The notes beneath the pieces are model-generated. The model was not told the DNA's origin and made no database searches. It saw only the letters and a program-made list of their open reading frames with translations. Shown here piece after piece: positions 29,604-40,880 of a stretch of DNA of 64,000 bases. This DNA comes from Trypanosoma brucei (Eukaryota): contig CM000207.1 in NCBI GenBank assembly GCA_000002445.1, positions 1,312,001-1,376,000 on the forward strand, in the 5' to 3' direction. The translations under genes and the position numbers were made by a program. How positions within the stretch are numbered: position 1 is the first letter of the stretch; each line of letters opens with the position of its first letter.

Positions 29604-32600
29604 CTAATGCCCCCGAGTTAAACGGAGCCTCGGTGGTGCCGCTGGAGAGGCACTGCCATCGAGGACTGGGTTTCCAGAGCGGGAGCGTGACACACCGCTT
29701 GTAGAAAGCGGGGAGTTAGACAACGTGTCCGGGCTTCGCTTCTTGTTTCCTGTATTTTCCTTCAGGTAGCCGCTGTCAGTAAATACGGGTGGGGAACGCA
29801 GATTGAGCCTGGCAATGTTTACACCCCCAACAACAAACTCTGGCGAAGGGGATCCATGGCGTGAGGACCTCCGGCTCGGTGTGCAAAAAGAGTGTGCGCG
29901 TCTTCTGGCCCTTGCAGAGGTGCTACAGTCGTCAGAACCCTGATGGGGCCGCCTTCGCGTAGCGGAATGTTCTGCTGCCTCCCATGCAAGTTGCTCGGCA
30001 ACACGAAATTTGTCCAACTCACAGTCGGTGGTGGCCGCAACTAACGAAGAGTACGCAATGGTGCCAGCATGTGACCCCACTGAAACGGCTTCTCTCATTC
30101 TTGTAAGTTCAAGCACGGTTCGTTGTGACATCGATACCACCATTCGGCGGAGTTTGTTAGTATCTATATCGCTGCCTGAGGAGGTTGCGTTGCAATTGCT
30201 CCCCAACTCAGGCACCGGAGCAAAAGTTTTCCGCCTCTGCACCACTAAACTGTCGCAGTTTTTGTCCGAATCCTGCATAGTCTCATCACTTATCCCCCGA
30301 TTGATGTTAAAGAGGGTTTCAAGCACTGTTCTTTCTGTCCACCTCTGCTGTTCAGCCTCGCTTCGGGCTTCCGAAAGTGAGCGTCTTAGCTGCTCAATCT
30401 CTTTCTGCAACTGTTTGTTTTGACTACTGATCCTTTGAATGGATGCCTCAGCCTCTGCACGCTCCCTGGCGTGCTGTGCAGCATCAGATTTCTGTATCTG
30501 ACGCAACTCCTCTGCCAGGGATGTTAATTTCTTGAGCTGTTGTTGATGTGTCACCTGCGTGACACTCCCTTCCCGTTGCCGACACGCTCTGAGGCTCTGT
30601 AGTTGCTGCTGCACGACTTTTATTTTGGATGTCATCGCGCTATTTTCACTTCGTAGGTTTTGACACTCTTCTTCGGCTAGTTTCAACTTCTTAGTGTACT
30701 GCGCCAATCTGGCCAATTGCTTCTTACTCTCCTGTTCGTTTTCTTCTTCCTGACGATGTTGGGCCCCCAACACTGCGGTGAGCCGCTCCTGAAGTTCATG
30801 AAACTCCCTCCCGCTGGCCTCCTTTCGCCTGTGCACCTCGGCACACTCTTTCGTAATCAAATCAAGTTGCATTTGCAGAGCGTCACGCTCACGACGAAGC
30901 CTTTCAACCTCCTCTAAAAGACCTTTCTGCTGCACCGCCTCCCCGCGTTGTGAAGAGCGCAGCTCCTCCACTTCCCGCCTTAAACGCTCGATTTCAAGCT
31001 CACGCTTCGCATATTCGTCAGCAAATCGTTGTTGTTGCTTATTTGCCTTTTCCAGCTCCGCTTCACGGAGAGCCAACGCGTCACGATACCGCGATACATC
31101 CAATTCAGCGCTCTGCGCCAGCTGTGCCTCGAACCGCCGTAGTTGATGCCGCTGCTCCTTCTGTTTCTGTAAGAAAAGCCTCCGCAGAGCCTCTACCAGC
31201 CTCTCACACCTCTGTCGGCGCTGCTGAAGCCGCTTGCATATGGCACCTTCTTCTTCGGGTGTTTGACGATCCTTCTGTCGGTTCATTATGCTCGTTACTT
31301 CCCTTCCAGCTCCCAGAGATTCAAGCAGCAACCTGTCGCCAGGCGCACTATCAAAAAACTCCCCGCGAACGCTAGGTCTCGGGATGGTGCTTCCTTTGCT
31401 CCCACCAACTGTATTATTTCCACATGGATCCCCTCCCGCAGCGGTGTTGGCACCACTGCCTACGAATAGCAACCCCAACTCATCCCTCAGCCCTGCTGGG
31501 AACAGCTCACCACGTAAGTTGTGAAGAGACGAGCATTCATGCCCGACGCCGTCGCCTGTTTCTTCCTTTGCCCGTACATTAGAGGACGCAGTGCCATAGG
31601 CTTGCAAACACAGTTCCAACTCACGACGTATCCGTTCAAAGCTGTCGCTCGCCTCGCGCACGGCGTGGCGCAGTGATTTGGTTATTCGCTCAGACTTCGC
31701 CTGTTCCCCCTCCAGCATATAAACGCGATGCATTCTACGACGAACTTCGTCACACTGCTTCTGGAGAGCATCCTCCAGCGACTGAATGCGCGACTCAAAC
31801 TCAAAACGTTTGGTTTGGGTAAAATCTGCAGGGCAAGCAGGTACCTCCCTTCCATCCCGCAATTTCTCCTGCGGTTGAGCCTTCATTCCGCCATGTACCT
31901 GGGTCGCTTCCACAGGCTTTTCCCTTGCAGATTCTACTTCGATACAACGCTGCCGCCATACTAACTGTTCCTTTTTGCACGCCTCCAGCTGCATTATCAA
32001 CTTCGCCTTCTCACTCTCCACCTGCTCCACAGCATCTCGCAAGTCACTTAATTCAGCCAAATCGGGCTGCTCCCGTGACTCTGCGGTATCCTCACGAGAT
32101 TCTTTAAAACTCTCCGCATCGCGCTGCCGCAGCAGATATTCCATTTTCTTCTGAAGGGTGTCGCGCTCGGCAGTCACCGCAGTAGTTTCCCTCAACAGTT
32201 TCTCGTAACGCTCACTTTGGGCCTTGATCTCACAACCCACCTCCTGTAACATCGCCTCCTCCTCCGCATTGCGCGTTCTTTCATAAGACTTTAGCGCCTC
32301 CACTATGCGTTGCTGCACCTCTGCCTCCGAGAAGAGCCGCTGTTTCATTGACACCTTCTCACCAGCACCACAAACTGGCGCGTGAGCACTCAGAGCCTCC
32401 TCCTCCTTATCATCATCCTCATCATCAATGTCCCCCTCCGAAGAAGAGAGTTCGCCATTTATAATTGTGGAGGGCTGCCGCGAGCCTTTCGAAACTGTGA
32501 CTCTACTCCTGGAATCAAGACAGCGCATTTTCTTCCTGCTATTACTCGTAAACAGGCTCCTCCTGACACTAACGTCACTCTTTACTTTAACAGCTGACGG

Positions 32601-32939
32601 GGAAAGGAAAAGTAATGTGCTAGGCTCTTCCGCAGGCACATTGCTTTTTCTAAATGACACGGAGCACTGTTGCTGCTGTGGTGGTTCAGTGGGGCGGTAG
32701 GGCACTGACCGCAGCGGTTTCGCAGGGCCGAGTGGAGCAGCTGTGTTTGTTACAGTGAACTTCGGAGAATGGATAACATCAAGCATCGCGGGCCTACTCT
32801 GCCTGAGCAATTCGGGAGACGCCGTTTCCGCCAATACCTCAAGCGCAGAGCGGACCACGCGTTTTCCGGAGCTCGCGTCACCCCCTCCACACACGTCTTC
32901 ATCTTTTGTACACCTGTTTGGTGTTTTGAACCCCTCCAT
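29604..32939 (-). CDS. Large coiled-coil protein, 1111 aa (Q/E/R/L-rich heptad repeats), hypothetical cytoskeletal or flagellar protein
   Basis: ATG confirmed at 32939-32937 (MEGFKTPNRC). An acidic stretch DIDDEDDDKEEE is followed by ~700 aa of uninterrupted coiled-coil-like sequence, then an S/R-rich C-terminus. Confidence 0.6.
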   Translation of the reverse strand: MEGFKTPNRCTKDEDVCGGGDASSGKRVVRSALEVLAETASPELLRQSRPAMLDVIHSPKFTVTNTAAPLGPAKPLRSVPYRPTEPPQQQQCSVSFRKSNVPAEEPSTLLFLSPSAVKVKSDVSVRRSLFTSNSRKKMRCLDSRSRVTVSKGSRQPSTIINGELSSSEGDIDDEDDDKEEEALSAHAPVCGAGEKVSMKQRLFSEAEVQQRIVEALKSYERTRNAEEEAMLQEVGCEIKAQSERYEKLLRETTAVTAERDTLQKKMEYLLRQRDAESFKESREDTAESREQPDLAELSDLRDAVEQVESEKAKLIMQLEACKKEQLVWRQRCIEVESAREKPVEATQVHGGMKAQPQEKLRDGREVPACPADFTQTKRFEFESRIQSLEDALQKQCDEVRRRMHRVYMLEGEQAKSERITKSLRHAVREASDSFERIRRELELCLQAYGTASSNVRAKEETGDGVGHECSSLHNLRGELFPAGLRDELGLLFVGSGANTAAGGDPCGNNTVGGSKGSTIPRPSVRGEFFDSAPGDRLLLESLGAGREVTSIMNRQKDRQTPEEEGAICKRLQQRRQRCERLVEALRRLFLQKQKEQRHQLRRFEAQLAQSAELDVSRYRDALALREAELEKANKQQQRFADEYAKRELEIERLRREVEELRSSQRGEAVQQKGLLEEVERLRRERDALQMQLDLITKECAEVHRRKEASGREFHELQERLTAVLGAQHRQEEENEQESKKQLARLAQYTKKLKLAEEECQNLRSENSAMTSKIKVVQQQLQSLRACRQREGSVTQVTHQQQLKKLTSLAEELRQIQKSDAAQHARERAEAEASIQRISSQNKQLQKEIEQLRRSLSEARSEAEQQRWTERTVLETLFNINRGISDETMQDSDKNCDSLVVQRRKTFAPVPELGSNCNATSSGSDIDTNKLRRMVVSMSQRTVLELTRMREAVSVGSHAGTIAYSSLVAATTDCELDKFRVAEQLAWEAAEHSATRRRPHQGSDDCSTSARARRRAHSFCTPSRRSSRHGSPSPEFVVGGVNIARLNLRSPPVFTDSGYLKENTGNKKRSPDTLSNSPLSTSGVSRSRSGNPVLDGSASPAAPPRLRLTRGH

Positions 32940-33813
32940 CTATGAAGTAAAATAAGCAGTCTATGTACCGAAGCACCCTCTGTTGTGAGGACCACAACAC
33001 TCAGTGGTGATCCTGTCCACCTACCTACCTACCAATCTTTTCTTTCCTCCCCAACCCTATTTCGGGCAGGCGAAAAGTCACCTGCTTTCGAAAGGAAGTT
33101 AGAAGAACCCACAGTCCAAGAGAAAACGCATATCCAAGATGAACGTGAAGAAGAACGTTCCGAGTGGGTGGGGCATGTGAATATGTTCGTGCAAATACGG
33201 CAACAGTGAATCTCAACAGTAACTTGAATAAGAGAAACTAAGTAAGTTTATATACACAAATGACGACGTACCGGGTACAGACAAAAAAGTGTTGCAGTGG
33301 CAGCAATGGATGCGTAAATGGACGCGGAAAACTCAATAAACCCAACGGCACCCCTCACACACAATCCAATAATATCTAAGATGCATGCAAGCGTAACGGA
33401 CATAAACCTCCAACAAACTTAAGGGTTTAATATCCCATCATCATGATTGTTAACTCTCACGTAAACACAAATCCTCGTTTCAACCCTCCCTCGGAATCTT
33501 CTCCAAACAGCGACGCCTTGCCCCTGTTTTATGTTCTCATACCTGCAACCAGAATCAGCCTCAATTTTTGTAGAGACCCTTACGACGGAAAGAAAAGTGC
33601 TGACAGTCCCGTGTCAGTCACAAACAGTAGCGAAATCCAAACATTGGCACCACCGAATGGGAGGAAAGGCAAGCAATCGGTAAGGATTGAAAGTGAGGGA
33701 CGAATAATAAACAAGCGAACTATAACCAACACAAAAGGAAGAGGATGTTATGGGTGTAACAAATCGTAATGATATTAACTCCCATTGAAGTCCCCTTCCC
33801 CCTCCTGCTCCTC

Positions 33814-34119
33814 TTAGTACCTCTGGCCACCCTTTTCATGCCCTACGAGTTTCAGCAGCTTTTCCAACTCCTCTTTCTCCTCCTCCAGAAACTGTGATCG
33901 TAACTTTATTTCCTCCTTGACGACCTCCTGCCGAACCTCCTCGCATTTGCGCTGATGTTGAAGCCACTCCTTCTTAAATTGCGACACGTACGCGAGTTGG
34001 TCGTCTATCTCACGAATCATGTTGTCAATGACACGTAACGTCCCCTTCGCTTGTCGCCGTTGTACCTCCATGCGAACAATGCGCTCTGTGCGAATTTGCT
34101 GCTGCAGTGCTGGGTCCAT
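33814..34119 (-). CDS. Small coiled-coil protein, 101 aa, hypothetical
   Basis: ATG confirmed at 34119-34117 (MDPALQQQIRTE). A purine-rich plus strand, meaning a pyrimidine tract on the coding strand, lies immediately upstream at ~34260-34440. Confidence 0.4.
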   Translation of the reverse strand: MDPALQQQIRTERIVRMEVQRRQAKGTLRVIDNMIREIDDQLAYVSQFKKEWLQHQRKCEEVRQEVVKEEIKLRSQFLEEEKEELEKLLKLVGHEKGGQRY

Positions 34120-34259
34120 TCTCTAACTTCAGTCCTTTCCAAAAGTGTTTATTTACTTGTAGCTCCCTCCGTCCCTCCTGCTTTTTTTTGTACCTTCCTT
34201 CAAACTAATTTGTTTCTAAACTTTCGTCCAGATTTTCGATCTGAGCTAGTACCCCAGCG

Positions 34260-34440
34260 CATAACACAAAGAAAACAAAAAAGAAAAAAAAATAAGCGGG
34301 GGAAAGGGGAAGCGAACAGGAATAGGGAGAAACAGGGCGAAAAAAAAAAAACGAAGAACAAAGACACACACACACACACACACACGAATAAAAAAAAATT
34401 CAAACGCAGTAAGCAAAAAAAAAAACGTACACTGCCACGG
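34260..34440 (-). promoter_or_regulatory. Putative polypyrimidine tract region (minus strand) upstream of the 101-aa coiled-coil ORF
   Basis: The plus strand is almost pure purine here (aaagaaaacaaaaaagaaaaaaaaataagcgggggaaaggggaagcgaacaggaatagggag...), so the transcribed strand is pyrimidine-rich. It includes an (AC)n run at 34364-34385. Confidence 0.35.
34364..34385. repeat. (AC)n microsatellite, ~11 units
   Basis: acacacacacacacacacacac read directly. Confidence 0.9.
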
Positions 34441-35963
34441 CGAACAAAAAATCATCTTTTTTTGAAAACACTACGATCGGATAGCACCGGGAAGAAGAGG
34501 GAAAGAAAAAAGAATCCCTCATGTGGTGTGGTGGATGAAAAAAATGAAGAGAGTACACGAAGGTAACCACACCACCGGCACAAAACAACACGGACGAGTA
34601 AACGTTTCTGGCACTGTCCAGTGTGTCAATGAGAAAGTTAAGAAGGACGGTGGTAACAATAGTTAAAAAAAAAAAATTAACCCTAAGCAGCGCCTCAGTC
34701 GGGAGGGCCGCACTAGAAGGGAAACGCACACAATAAGCGAATGCGCAACCTAAATACAAAAAGCAACCATTAAAAAAAAAAAATGCGAAACACCAAATTA
34801 CGAAAAAAAAAACATAAATATATATACGCGTGTATGTATAACAGAATGCGCAAAGGTATAAATATATATATATATTTATGTTCGCTTAAAGCCGTACTTG
34901 TACCAAGCAACACAAATCCTTTTAACTTCCTCACCAACGTACACGGGTCTAACATGCAACAACACCCTCTATTTTCTCTTTACACTACATCCAGTGGTTC
35001 CTCTCCACCAGAATGAGAAAAGGTGTCTACTTACAACATTATAGAGTAGATCGTACTGTACTTAAGTTTTGCCTAACGCTCACAAAAAAGGGGGGAGAGC
35101 GCCTTATCTGCCTGCAACACCTCCCCCTCCCCCGGTCCCTCCGCACTTACACACATGTGCTTTAATTACCGCAACGATTACTCCCCTACGGGGGCTCCCA
35201 GTGATGGTAACACCGGTAAATCTCGCTTAACACCCTTGCTTGGTAGCAGTCCCCTCCAACTCTCTAGCGCTGGGAGCGATGTTGCGTTCTGCTTGCCTCC
35301 GCAGCCGGCGGCGCTGTCATCTCTCAGTGCCGTGGCTTGGGGAGCAAGCGGAGGAAGGCGGAAGGGTCGCGACATCGTAGAATCCTCTGCGTCACACGTA
35401 CACATGTGCCTTGTCACGGGGCTCGCGGACAAGAGAAGCACTTAAACAACTGTCTATGCCTATTGCGGATTTACACGTAACAACACACATTTGTTAGGAG
35501 AGGAGCAATAAAAAGATTACACAAGCAAACTGACGTCTCACGGCCATGAAGATGTACCAATGTAGCGAAAGAACAATGTTCACGGGGCGCGCAAATAAAG
35601 AAAGAAAGAAACAGTAATACACTCAATGCGTGTCGTCCCGGCTGCTGGTGAGCCATTTCCAGCACAACACCCCTCCAACACCCGAAGGATAAGCAAAGTC
35701 GTTCGCAGCACTACTCAAGATACGATCTACTCCAGTCTAACCACTGAAGATGGAACAACTGTGGAACGTGCTTCACAAGAAGAAAAAGAAGCTCCAGTTG
35801 CGGCGCTGCGCATGAAGGACTCACATCCATTCACCTTCCCATGAGAATAAGTTAAATACACTGGAACATGAACAGACAAATAAAAAGACAAAACTGAACA
35901 GCGGTGTATAGACATATACATTAACTTATTACCCTCAGCTACTTTCTCTTTTCCTTCTTTTTC

Positions 35964-35991
35964 TTTTTTTTTTTTTTGGGGGGGGGGGGGG
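35964..35991. repeat. Abutting homopolymers T14 then G14
   Basis: tttttttttttttt gggggggggggggg read directly, inside a 2.3-kb intergenic region. Confidence 0.9.
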
Positions 35992-36467
35992 TTAAGTATT
36001 TTTTGTCAACAGTCCAGAAAGCACGTTTTGACAACACTTCCGTACGTTTCCCACTCCAATTCGCTATTTTTCCATTTGCTTTCTGCCCAAAACAACAGAT
36101 TTGTACAAACAACGAGTTACAAAGATGAAAAATGTCCCAAAGGGAAGAGAATGAAGGTACTTCTCTTTTTTTTTCCTGCCCTCTTCCTTCGGTACACCAC
36201 GGTTTCCCCAGCGCTTTCACATGTCGACGCCACACAACAAATAAAAGGAAAAAGTCCTTCACCATAGTGTGCAGTTCAAACAGCACACATAGACAAACGA
36301 AGATTGCTGATATCACACTCCCTCCTTTTCCATCACCTTTAACGAAAGTACAACTAATATGACGAACGAAAGCCCGCACATGCTTCCCACTCTCGCTGCA
36401 GAACCGAAGACAGGGGGAGGGAAACGGGGGAAGGCAGGAATGCGCTCCGTTACATTGACCCAAGAAT

Positions 36468-37898
36468 TCAAACCCGGTCCCAGATAACTCGATCTTTCCT
36501 GCTTTTCTGCGGCGATGTCGAACCAAGCACTTCATCTGTTGACATTAGGACCCTTTTCACCTCACGGTTACCGCCAATGGCGTAGGGATCGTCGTGAGTC
36601 TCAGCAAGTTCATTACAGGGGTCCACACAGTCATCCGAACTCGAGTCTGAAGAACCGCTACTGGTACTGTCCGTTCCGTCGTCACAATATTCCTGATTAC
36701 TGTGTTCAACTTCCCATGAACCTATCCCGGTAGAAGCGGGACCGCGTGACAGCGTCTGTCGCAAACCGAGGATAGAACGCTGCTGCTCCGCGATCTGCGC
36801 GGTACACCGTGCCATCTGGTCCAGGACACGGTACCGCTCCTCTGCCCATTGCTCTTCCAGCTCGCGCTTTTCCCGGCGCTCCTGCTCCAGCTGTTGCTCA
36901 AGTGATGCCTTGTCGCGGAAAAGCATATCAATTTGCTTCCCTTGCCGCAACATATCACCAAAGAGAGCACTGTTCTTTGCGTAAGCCGCTTTCAGCAGTG
37001 CGTCGAGTTGGAAAACTTGAAGTTGCTCACTCTCCCCCTTCAAGGCTGTTATATCCTTCAGAAGACTTTCAAGACCCGCTATCTTGGTCTTCTGTTGCTC
37101 CATCAGAGAGTTGTGTTTTTCGGCGTTCTCGCGCAGCTGCAGCTCATACTGCTCCTTGGCACTTTTCTCCAGCTTGGTTTCCTCCAATGCACGGTTTTGA
37201 ACGGCCATCATTCGCGCTCGGTTGTCGGACATTTCGCATTTCAGCTGCCGTATTAGTCGCTTATTCTCCTCGTTACGAGTGGAGAGGGCCACCACCTCGA
37301 TAATCTTTTCTTGTAGTTCCCTGTAAGTTTCCACCTGTCGCGCCGACATCTCCTCGTAAAGAGTCTTCTGATGCTCATACATCTTGACGTAGCGGCGCCG
37401 CTCACGCTCAACACGCTCGTATTCGCTACGGGGCACGGTGGATAAGTCCACTTCCGAATTGAATTCTCCTCCTGACGCAGAAGGGCCATGCTCACCGTGG
37501 CATGACTGATGAGCAACGTCTAGCCCCAATCGACCCACGGGGCCCGCAACCGGCTCACGCTCGCAGTGAGCCGGGGTGTCCGTTGTTCTAAGGGGACACC
37601 GCGGTGCGGGGGATTTCCCCTGCGAGCGATGATGGGCGTTAATGTTCAGCACCTCCGATAGCGGACCACTCTCTTCACGCAAAGCATTAGAAAGATTCCC
37701 CCTTCCAACCATTCGCTCGTGTCTAAGGAGCACTCGGCTGGGCGAGTCGGTACGACCAGGAACCGGCGGCGACACACCAAAACAAGTGATGGGCTCAGAG
37801 GCCACCAAACCCACCGCACGACGTCCAAAATCGTCCGCGCCGTTTTCCGATTGGACTGCTTCGGGCGTATTATTGCCAGTTAAAGTACGTACAACCAT
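36468..37898 (-). CDS. Coiled-coil protein, 476 aa, hypothetical
   Basis: ATG confirmed at 37898-37896 (MVVRTLTGNN). Central ~250 aa are heptad-repeat-like (YERVERERRRYVKMYEHQK...LEQQLEQERREKRELEEQW). Confidence 0.55.
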   Translation of the reverse strand: MVVRTLTGNNTPEAVQSENGADDFGRRAVGLVASEPITCFGVSPPVPGRTDSPSRVLLRHERMVGRGNLSNALREESGPLSEVLNINAHHRSQGKSPAPRCPLRTTDTPAHCEREPVAGPVGRLGLDVAHQSCHGEHGPSASGGEFNSEVDLSTVPRSEYERVERERRRYVKMYEHQKTLYEEMSARQVETYRELQEKIIEVVALSTRNEENKRLIRQLKCEMSDNRARMMAVQNRALEETKLEKSAKEQYELQLRENAEKHNSLMEQQKTKIAGLESLLKDITALKGESEQLQVFQLDALLKAAYAKNSALFGDMLRQGKQIDMLFRDKASLEQQLEQERREKRELEEQWAEERYRVLDQMARCTAQIAEQQRSILGLRQTLSRGPASTGIGSWEVEHSNQEYCDDGTDSTSSGSSDSSSDDCVDPCNELAETHDDPYAIGGNREVKRVLMSTDEVLGSTSPQKSRKDRVIWDRV

Positions 37899-38308
37899 GT
37901 GGAAGGTGACTTGCGTGTGGATTCGTGAAAAGAGGTGAACGCTTATCAGCGTGAACTACGGGAGTACCCTTTTCCTCCTTGGTGCATGGACGAGGTAGCA
38001 AAAAGTGGAAGTAAATATTTATGAATATGCATGTGCATGGTTAAAGTCATTTGACTGTTTAACAAGAGGCGCCACAGGTATATTTTAAAAATACATCATC
38101 ACGTAAGGCACCCAAAATTCCTACGCTCAAAAGCGCGGCAAACAAAAAAAAAAGCTAAAGGGACAACAAACAGACATGTAGGAAGAGATAAACGTGACGC
38201 GTAAACACCCATACGTAATATGCGTATGATAATGATGAACAGTTGCATCCATTAATATACTACAGTGTCGATAAAGTTTCTCAGATCGAACGTGAATAAC
38301 ACCTAGCC

Positions 38309-39124
38309 TCACCAGTTTGTCCACTCCGGATCTCGTTCCAGCTGATCCATGTAACCCAAGACACGCTCGGTTATTTCATTCTCGTCATAGCGGCTCCCAA
38401 AGAAGTCCACAAACCGGCCCTTAGGGTCGAAGAGAAATATGGCGATGCTATGGTCAATGAGGTAGTCATTCTGCTCTGCGGCCTCCTCGCTCGGAAGCGA
38501 GTAGTAAATACGGTAAGATTTGCAGGCATCGCTCACCTGCTTTGGGGTCCCTACAAGCCCAACAAAGCTCTCATGAAAGACACTGAGGTATTCTGCAATC
38601 GCCTCCAGGGAATCCCGCCTCGGGTCACAAGAAACGAATAGCGGCACGATTTTCTGATTAGGACGCTTCGCTCGCACAGCATCGATAACTTTAGACATGC
38701 GATTCAATTCAACAGGGCATATTTCTGGGCAGTGTGTAAAGCCAAAGTAAAAGAATGCCCAGGATCCCAAGAACTCCGCTTGGGAGACAGGTTCGCCATC
38801 TGTATTCACAAGAACAAACGGCCCACCGAGGGCAGGGCGCCCTCGCGTTTCAACGCTAACTCTTGCACTTCCTTGAGAACCAAAGTACCGTTTCTTCGCT
38901 TTCTCAGACCCGTACCACAACGTGGCTGCGCACAATACGGTCATACCCGCAAAGACGGAGTACTTACGAAGGGCCTCCCGGTCCTTCTCGATTTCCTTCT
39001 CGTCGTCTACACTTGTTCGTGCACCTGAGCCGAGGCGATGTGGCGCGCACAACACCGTCGGCATCAGTTCTGCCCTCCAATGGGACGCAGAGCCGCACAA
39101 AACATTTCCTGATACCCGCCGCAT
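38309..39124 (-). CDS. SCO1: SCO1/SenC cytochrome c oxidase copper-chaperone homolog
   Basis: The thioredoxin-like copper-binding motif FFYFGFTHCPEICP (CxxxCP) and the downstream DHS (DYLIDHSIAIFLFDP) are the SCO signature. There is an N-terminal presequence and a TM anchor (YSVFAGMTVLCAATLWYG). ATG confirmed at 39124-39122. Confidence 0.85.
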   Translation of the reverse strand: MRRVSGNVLCGSASHWRAELMPTVLCAPHRLGSGARTSVDDEKEIEKDREALRKYSVFAGMTVLCAATLWYGSEKAKKRYFGSQGSARVSVETRGRPALGGPFVLVNTDGEPVSQAEFLGSWAFFYFGFTHCPEICPVELNRMSKVIDAVRAKRPNQKIVPLFVSCDPRRDSLEAIAEYLSVFHESFVGLVGTPKQVSDACKSYRIYYSLPSEEAAEQNDYLIDHSIAIFLFDPKGRFVDFFGSRYDENEITERVLGYMDQLERDPEWTNW

Positions 39125-39564
39125 TCAATGCTCAAAATCACTTCAAGTGGGTGAACCCTTGCCCTTACTTCCATACTACAATAAGTTGGTTCAGTAAAAA
39201 GGCTTAAAGAGAGGAAATGAGCCACAAGGTGCAGCTGACGGATCAGGAATAGCAAAACACATCAACAGATGAATAATGCAAAAACACACACACACACACA
39301 TATGTGTGTATATACGTATACGCAAATGAAAGCACACAACGGCGTGAGCGACCACGTAGGCAACCCAAACCAATGGACACTCAATAGTTCATGTCGTTCA
39401 ACTAGCCGCACAGTACGTTAACAAGAACAGGAAAAGTACATAAAAAGAATATATTGCCAAAAATAAAAAAAATTCAAAACAAACACTAATTGTTTTTTAA
39501 CTCTTTAGTCCAGCATACAATACCCTTGATGTTCTCGTAGAAAGGTGGTGACGAGACAAAAGGT

Positions 39565-40608
39565 TCAATCATCTTTATCAATAGAAAGGGCGGACCCGCT
39601 GCTTTCATTATCATCGCCATCATCACATCGTTCCCCACTAAGGAATTCATGGCGTCGCACTTCGTGCGAGTCCGGTGCGCGCGGCGACGTGGGAGCCCCT
39701 CCGAAATTTCCTGAAGAAACACCAGTGGATTTGCGTTGTAAGGGAACACTACAGGAACGAGCCACTGGTTTATCCTCGAGGGCAAGATGAGGTGAGTTTC
39801 CCTCGTAAGTCCTTCGGCTTTCATAAAAACCGACAGCCTTGAAGTTCCCCATACGGACGCGCGTCAGGGTGTGGGGCCGTGGAGCCACGACTGTTGCACG
39901 CAAGGCAACAAACTTCTGGCGTGCCCTCTCAAGTCGTTTGTCGCGTTTCTCCTCAATAATGCGAAGCCGCTCTTCTATCGTAAGTCGCTTATACCTGGAC
40001 GGCTCGGGGGTACTGGCTCTATCCTCATCTGCAAATGCTTCTTCTTCCACACATTGAACCACACCCGATCTAGGCGAACTGCAAACAGGTCCACTTCCAT
40101 TGCAACCATAATCACTAATTCTCTCTAACGAAGGACTACTGCTCGTTCCGTCACTGCCCGACACGCTTCCTGCATCAGTGTTCAACCTGGGTGTCGTTAC
40201 CATGTTTCGCTCGTCCCTACTATTCATGTCCCTCTCAGTGGGTTTTCTACCTGCAACACGCAACCGAATTCCGTTTCCAAGTTTTGTTTGAGTGCGCCGC
40301 CTGGCCTCAACAGGGGGCGGCTGGGTGACGTCTCCAGGCAGTGAAAAGGCTCCGCGCGCGCCACTATGTTTTGTATGGGGTGCATATACGCGGGAATTAC
40401 TGGAAAGACCTGAACTGTGCGACCTGGACACCGACGTTCTGACATCTGAGCAGCGAGGTGCCACGCCTTTAGAATTCGTCCTGGATTTGTTCACTGTGGA
40501 AACAAATGTCGCTTCCACCTCGCCTCGAGCCCTTTCTGCGTTGGAAGTCCATGCAGTCCTGCAGCGGTGTTGAGGTGGCAATTCGAAGTCCTTAAATGAC
40601 CCCTCCAT
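39565..40608 (-). CDS. Hypothetical S/R-rich protein, 347 aa
   Basis: ATG confirmed at 40608-40606 (MEGSFKDFELPP). It has a basic helical block SRYKRLTIEERLRIIEEKRDKRLERARQKF; nothing else recognised. Confidence 0.45.
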   Translation of the reverse strand: MEGSFKDFELPPQHRCRTAWTSNAERARGEVEATFVSTVNKSRTNSKGVAPRCSDVRTSVSRSHSSGLSSNSRVYAPHTKHSGARGAFSLPGDVTQPPPVEARRRTQTKLGNGIRLRVAGRKPTERDMNSRDERNMVTTPRLNTDAGSVSGSDGTSSSPSLERISDYGCNGSGPVCSSPRSGVVQCVEEEAFADEDRASTPEPSRYKRLTIEERLRIIEEKRDKRLERARQKFVALRATVVAPRPHTLTRVRMGNFKAVGFYESRRTYEGNSPHLALEDKPVARSCSVPLQRKSTGVSSGNFGGAPTSPRAPDSHEVRRHEFLSGERCDDGDDNESSGSALSIDKDD

Positions 40609-40880
40609 TCTGCACGGGTTCCTTGGAATCTAACCCACAACCTGCCAACAAAACAACAACAAAGGGGGAATGAGTGGGTAAAAAAGCTGTATCCACGTTT
40701 GATGGTTTCAAAAAAAAAACAGGCATACACACCACGATCAGAGGGAGTTGAGAAGGTTTTTTTTTTTCTTTAACCCCTTCCGTCACTTCACTATGCCACA
40801 CAACCAACAATAACCCAGCCCTCAGCAAAAAAAAAAAACAACAAAAATCGCCTCACAGCGAGCGAAGTTGTACAATGGGC

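Noticed and set aside
35939-36535. 198-aa minus-strand ORF overlapping the 3' end of the 476-aa coiled-coil gene and ending in KKKKKKKKEKRK
   Set aside because: It overlaps a better gene in another frame, and its C-terminus is a translated A/G homopolymer region (T14G14 on the plus strand). It is almost certainly non-coding.
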